Shown one piece after another: positions 61,147 through 64,000 of a stretch of 64,000 nucleotides of DNA (the first letter of the stretch is position 1; each line of letters opens with the position of its first letter). The notes under the pieces were generated by a model that was not told where the DNA came from, searched no databases, and saw only the letters and a list, made by a program, of their open reading frames with translations. Made by a program: the position numbers and the translations under genes. Source of the stretch: Vitrella brassicaformis CCMP3155 (taxonomy: Eukaryota > Protista > Chromerida); assembly GCA_001179505.1 (NCBI GenBank), contig CDMY01000098.1, forward strand, positions 127,295 to 191,294. The letters run 5' to 3'.

Positions 61147-64000
61147 TCATCCGAGCGATGCAGTGCCGTCAGCGCCGTCCTCGCCTGTCAAATAAACACA
61201 CACACGCACGTGTGTTGCGGATTGACACCAGATGTGTGTGCCTCTCTTCCTTGGTTGGTACCTCCGCTGCCGTCAGCCATATTGTCACCGTCACTGCCGT
61301 CTACACCACACACACAGAAGGCCCATCCACCACACACGGTTTCACTCCCATGCTTCCGTCTCTTCCCTGTCCGTACCATCGTCATCGTCGCTGTCATCTT
61401 CCTGCTGTTGCTGCTGCTGGTACTGCTGCTGTACTCGTCCGTCGAAGACATATGGCGCCACACCTGACCCCAGCGCCACGCGGGCCAGCCGAGTGGTGAC
61501 CGGGAAGCGATGCTTGAAGGCGCCACCAGCACCAGCCACAGGCGCTTCGGTCGTCAGGACACTTACCCACACTGCAGACATACGAGAGAGAACAACACAT
61601 GACATGTGACCGGCCGGCAGCGCTGCCTGTCTGTCGGCCTGACCGTCATCAATGTCTCCCAGGAAAGAATCCTCAATGTGAATCCACGCGACGAAGGGGT
61701 GGCTGCTGTCGGTCAGCACCAGCCATCGCCGGCCACCATCGCCCCAGCTCATTGTGGTGGTGCAGCCGGCCACCGGTATGTGGGGCGACTGGGTGAGGAG
61801 GCCATCCAGACGGCCGCCAACAACACGCCTGAACCAAACACACACACAGACACAATCACACACACCCCTCCCGCCACTATTGTGTCGTCACCTGTCGAGT
61901 GTAGTCACTGTGTCATTGGTCTGATGAGTCGGGTAGAACTTGTCACCGTAGAACTTGTCGTCTACCGATGCGCTTGGCGAATGACGACAACGACGCGTCG
62001 GTGGACGGGTAATTGCCATTGCCCGACTCCCATTCGTTCTGGCAGCGAAAGTGGTGGATGTGACTATACACTGGGGGGTCATGCTGTAGTCGGTGCTGCT
62101 GATACAGATGTTGGTAGGGAGGAAGGGGCGGGTCGATGGTCAGCCGGTAGCCGGGCTCGTCCTTGATGGCCCGCACCTCACCATTGGCATGGCTGCAGAC
62201 AGACACTTCACCCATCCCCAGCGACGGGTCGAACCGCAGCAGCTGCAGCTGTGGGGTGTTGATGCCAACGCCGTACGCACGGCTCAGTGAGTTGGCGAGG
62301 CGGTTGCGCAGCTCAGCTATGGTGAAGGCAGCCCGGATGCGCCGCGATGTGGCTCTGAGGCGGGCCGCCGTGACGATGTCGGGCAGATGGCCTCGGCTGC
62401 CGACAAACAAGTGGTTGACGGGGTGCTCCTGGCTGCCCCCCTGCAGATCGCACACACACGTAACAATGCAGATCGATACACACACAAGGCACATCTGGTG
62501 CATGGCGTTCGGTTGTGTCATACCCACCTGATGCTGCTGCTCTTGCTGTGTGTGGCTGCGGGACGATGCGACGCGGTGGCGGTCGGGCGAGGCGAACAAC
62601 TTATCTACTGCATCGGTCAGTATCTGCACACACCACACACAGACGACACACAATGACATCAACACGGTGCTGTGTTGGCGATTCTACTGGTCTGCTGACA
62701 TGCTCACCCCTTTGGTGGTCTGTGTGTCGCCCCACATGAACCGCTGCATCCTCAACGTCGTCATGCTCGACTCCAACGCCGCCTCACTGCTCGAACTCTC
62801 ACGCACAAGGGCCGCACTCTGACAATGAACAATCGGACACACAAAACCACAAAGGCCATAGATAGGCCATGACAGGTGTCGCTTTGGCTCACCCAAATGC
62901 CGCCCGCTATCTGCTTCTGGTTGGTCTTGCGTGTGATGTAGACGGCCGTGGCGGCCAGCAGGCGGACATCGCACGCGGCCAAATCGATGTCACACATCGA
63001 CAAGAACTGCACACACAGACAGACAGACAGGGAGAAGCCATTCGATAGCTGGAGGTGTCTGTGTGTGGCTGGCGGACAGACTCACCATAAGGTATTTGGC
63101 GAATGAAAACAGGCGGCCGTGGGTGTCCATGCCGGCCGCAGTGAACAGCTTCTCCAGACACTCAATGCCGCACACAGAACTATCAGCCGCCACACGACCC
63201 ACCACCTGCACACAGACAAACAGACAGACAGGTCGGCGCTGCACAGGTGTGCGTCGTGTCTGTGTTTCAATACCTGTGCCTGTGTGTGTGTGGGGTCATC
63301 CGGCATGTCGTCCATCAGCAGGTGTGGCTCCAGCCGCTCGACGCAGGCGGCCACACACGCATCTGCTACCTGTGTGTCAACAGCCAAACAAGTGACACAC
63401 ACATCCCATGAGTCCTTACTCTCTGTCTGTCATTCAGATCTCTTTACCTGTGTGGCGTCGTTCGTGTCGATGAGTCTGTCGGCGTGACAAACATCCAGCA
63501 GCCGCACCGCCCGCATGAGGGTCGCGTCGCGGCAGCCCATCGACGCTGCTCTCTTGACCATTTCGTCCAACACGGCTGCAGCACATGACAGACATCACAG
63601 CACACACCTCTGAGGGCATCTGTCGTGTGTTGCTGTGTGTGCGAGTCGGGCGTACCTCGCTGCTGCGGCCATTTCATGCTACCGACCTGTTTGTCAGACC
63701 AACTGAACACAGAACACCTCTTGATTGATCAGTCATCCGGCATTCCCTCTCTTATTGGCCTGCTCGCTTCACCGTGCCGTGCGATACGCCTCAGTGATGA
63801 GTTCGGCACGGGCACGGTGATGATCACTGAAGGGCAAAGGTCTCGGACACGCGCAGCAATGATCACGCGAGAGAAGTGTAAGAATAGGTGGGAGAGAGTC
63901 GGGGAGAATGGTGAAGAGAGGATCTGCCGGGCGGTCAGTCCCGGATAAAGGATTAAGTCAATGCAACGTAAGGTCTGTGGATTTTGTGGAGAGTCCACGT
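61147..64000 (-). CDS. Divergent cyclin (A/B-type fold) with a long C-terminal extension; 5' end probably outside the window
   Basis: Cyclin box QRAVLDEMVKRAASMGCRDATLMRAVRLLD; Cyclin_C-like RLFSFAKYLM...FLSMCDIDLAACDVRLLAATAVYITRK; Gln/Asp/Gly-rich tail ending GEDGADGTASLG*. Confidence 0.72.

Larger units (their letters stand above)
1..64000. repeat. Dense intronic/intergenic microsatellites: (CA/GT)n, (GA/CT)n, (GACA/CTGT)n, (GATG/CATC)n
   Basis: Present in most introns, e.g. 3021-3066, 14040-14070, 21700-21750, 32150-32225. Confidence 0.97.

Noticed and set aside
1-64000. Hundreds of overlapping ORFs rich in CVCV, THTH, RERE, SLSL or poly-X
   Set aside because: These are translations of intronic microsatellites and N gaps, not independent genes.

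Overview
Eukaryotic nuclear DNA that is GC-rich, gene-dense and intron-rich, with introns full of (CA/GT)n, (GACA)n and (GATG)n microsatellites. This style, together with RAP-domain and CRMP-type genes, points to a chromerid alveolate, most likely Vitrella brassicaformis (inference). By hand-splicing GT(GC)-AG exons I can support about 22 spliced protein-coding genes and three ~300-N scaffold gaps. I found no rRNA, tRNA, CRISPR array or autonomous transposon. Recognisable genes are: a multi-EF-hand protein, a secreted arylsulfotransferase, an Arc1p/AIMP1-like GST + tRNA-binding protein, a membrane-anchored alpha/beta hydrolase, AMPK beta, ISD11, a fatty-acid elongase, eIF4B, an expansin-like protein, an omega-type GST, a CRMP-like multipass protein, a RING-CH ligase, a RAP protein and a divergent cyclin. 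The most interesting observations are: (1) a secreted expansin (DPBB+CBM63) fused to a basic trefoil-like domain, head-to-head (62 bp apart) with a Cys-rich secreted orphan inside a block of four signal-peptide genes; (2) a probable 2-nt microexon at 51182-51183; (3) start codons on opposite strands only 4 bp apart at 28517-28526; (4) near-perfect alternation of gene orientation; (5) short non-microsatellite motifs shared between intergenic regions. All gene models are manual and unverified, and ends and starts flagged as uncertain should be treated as such.
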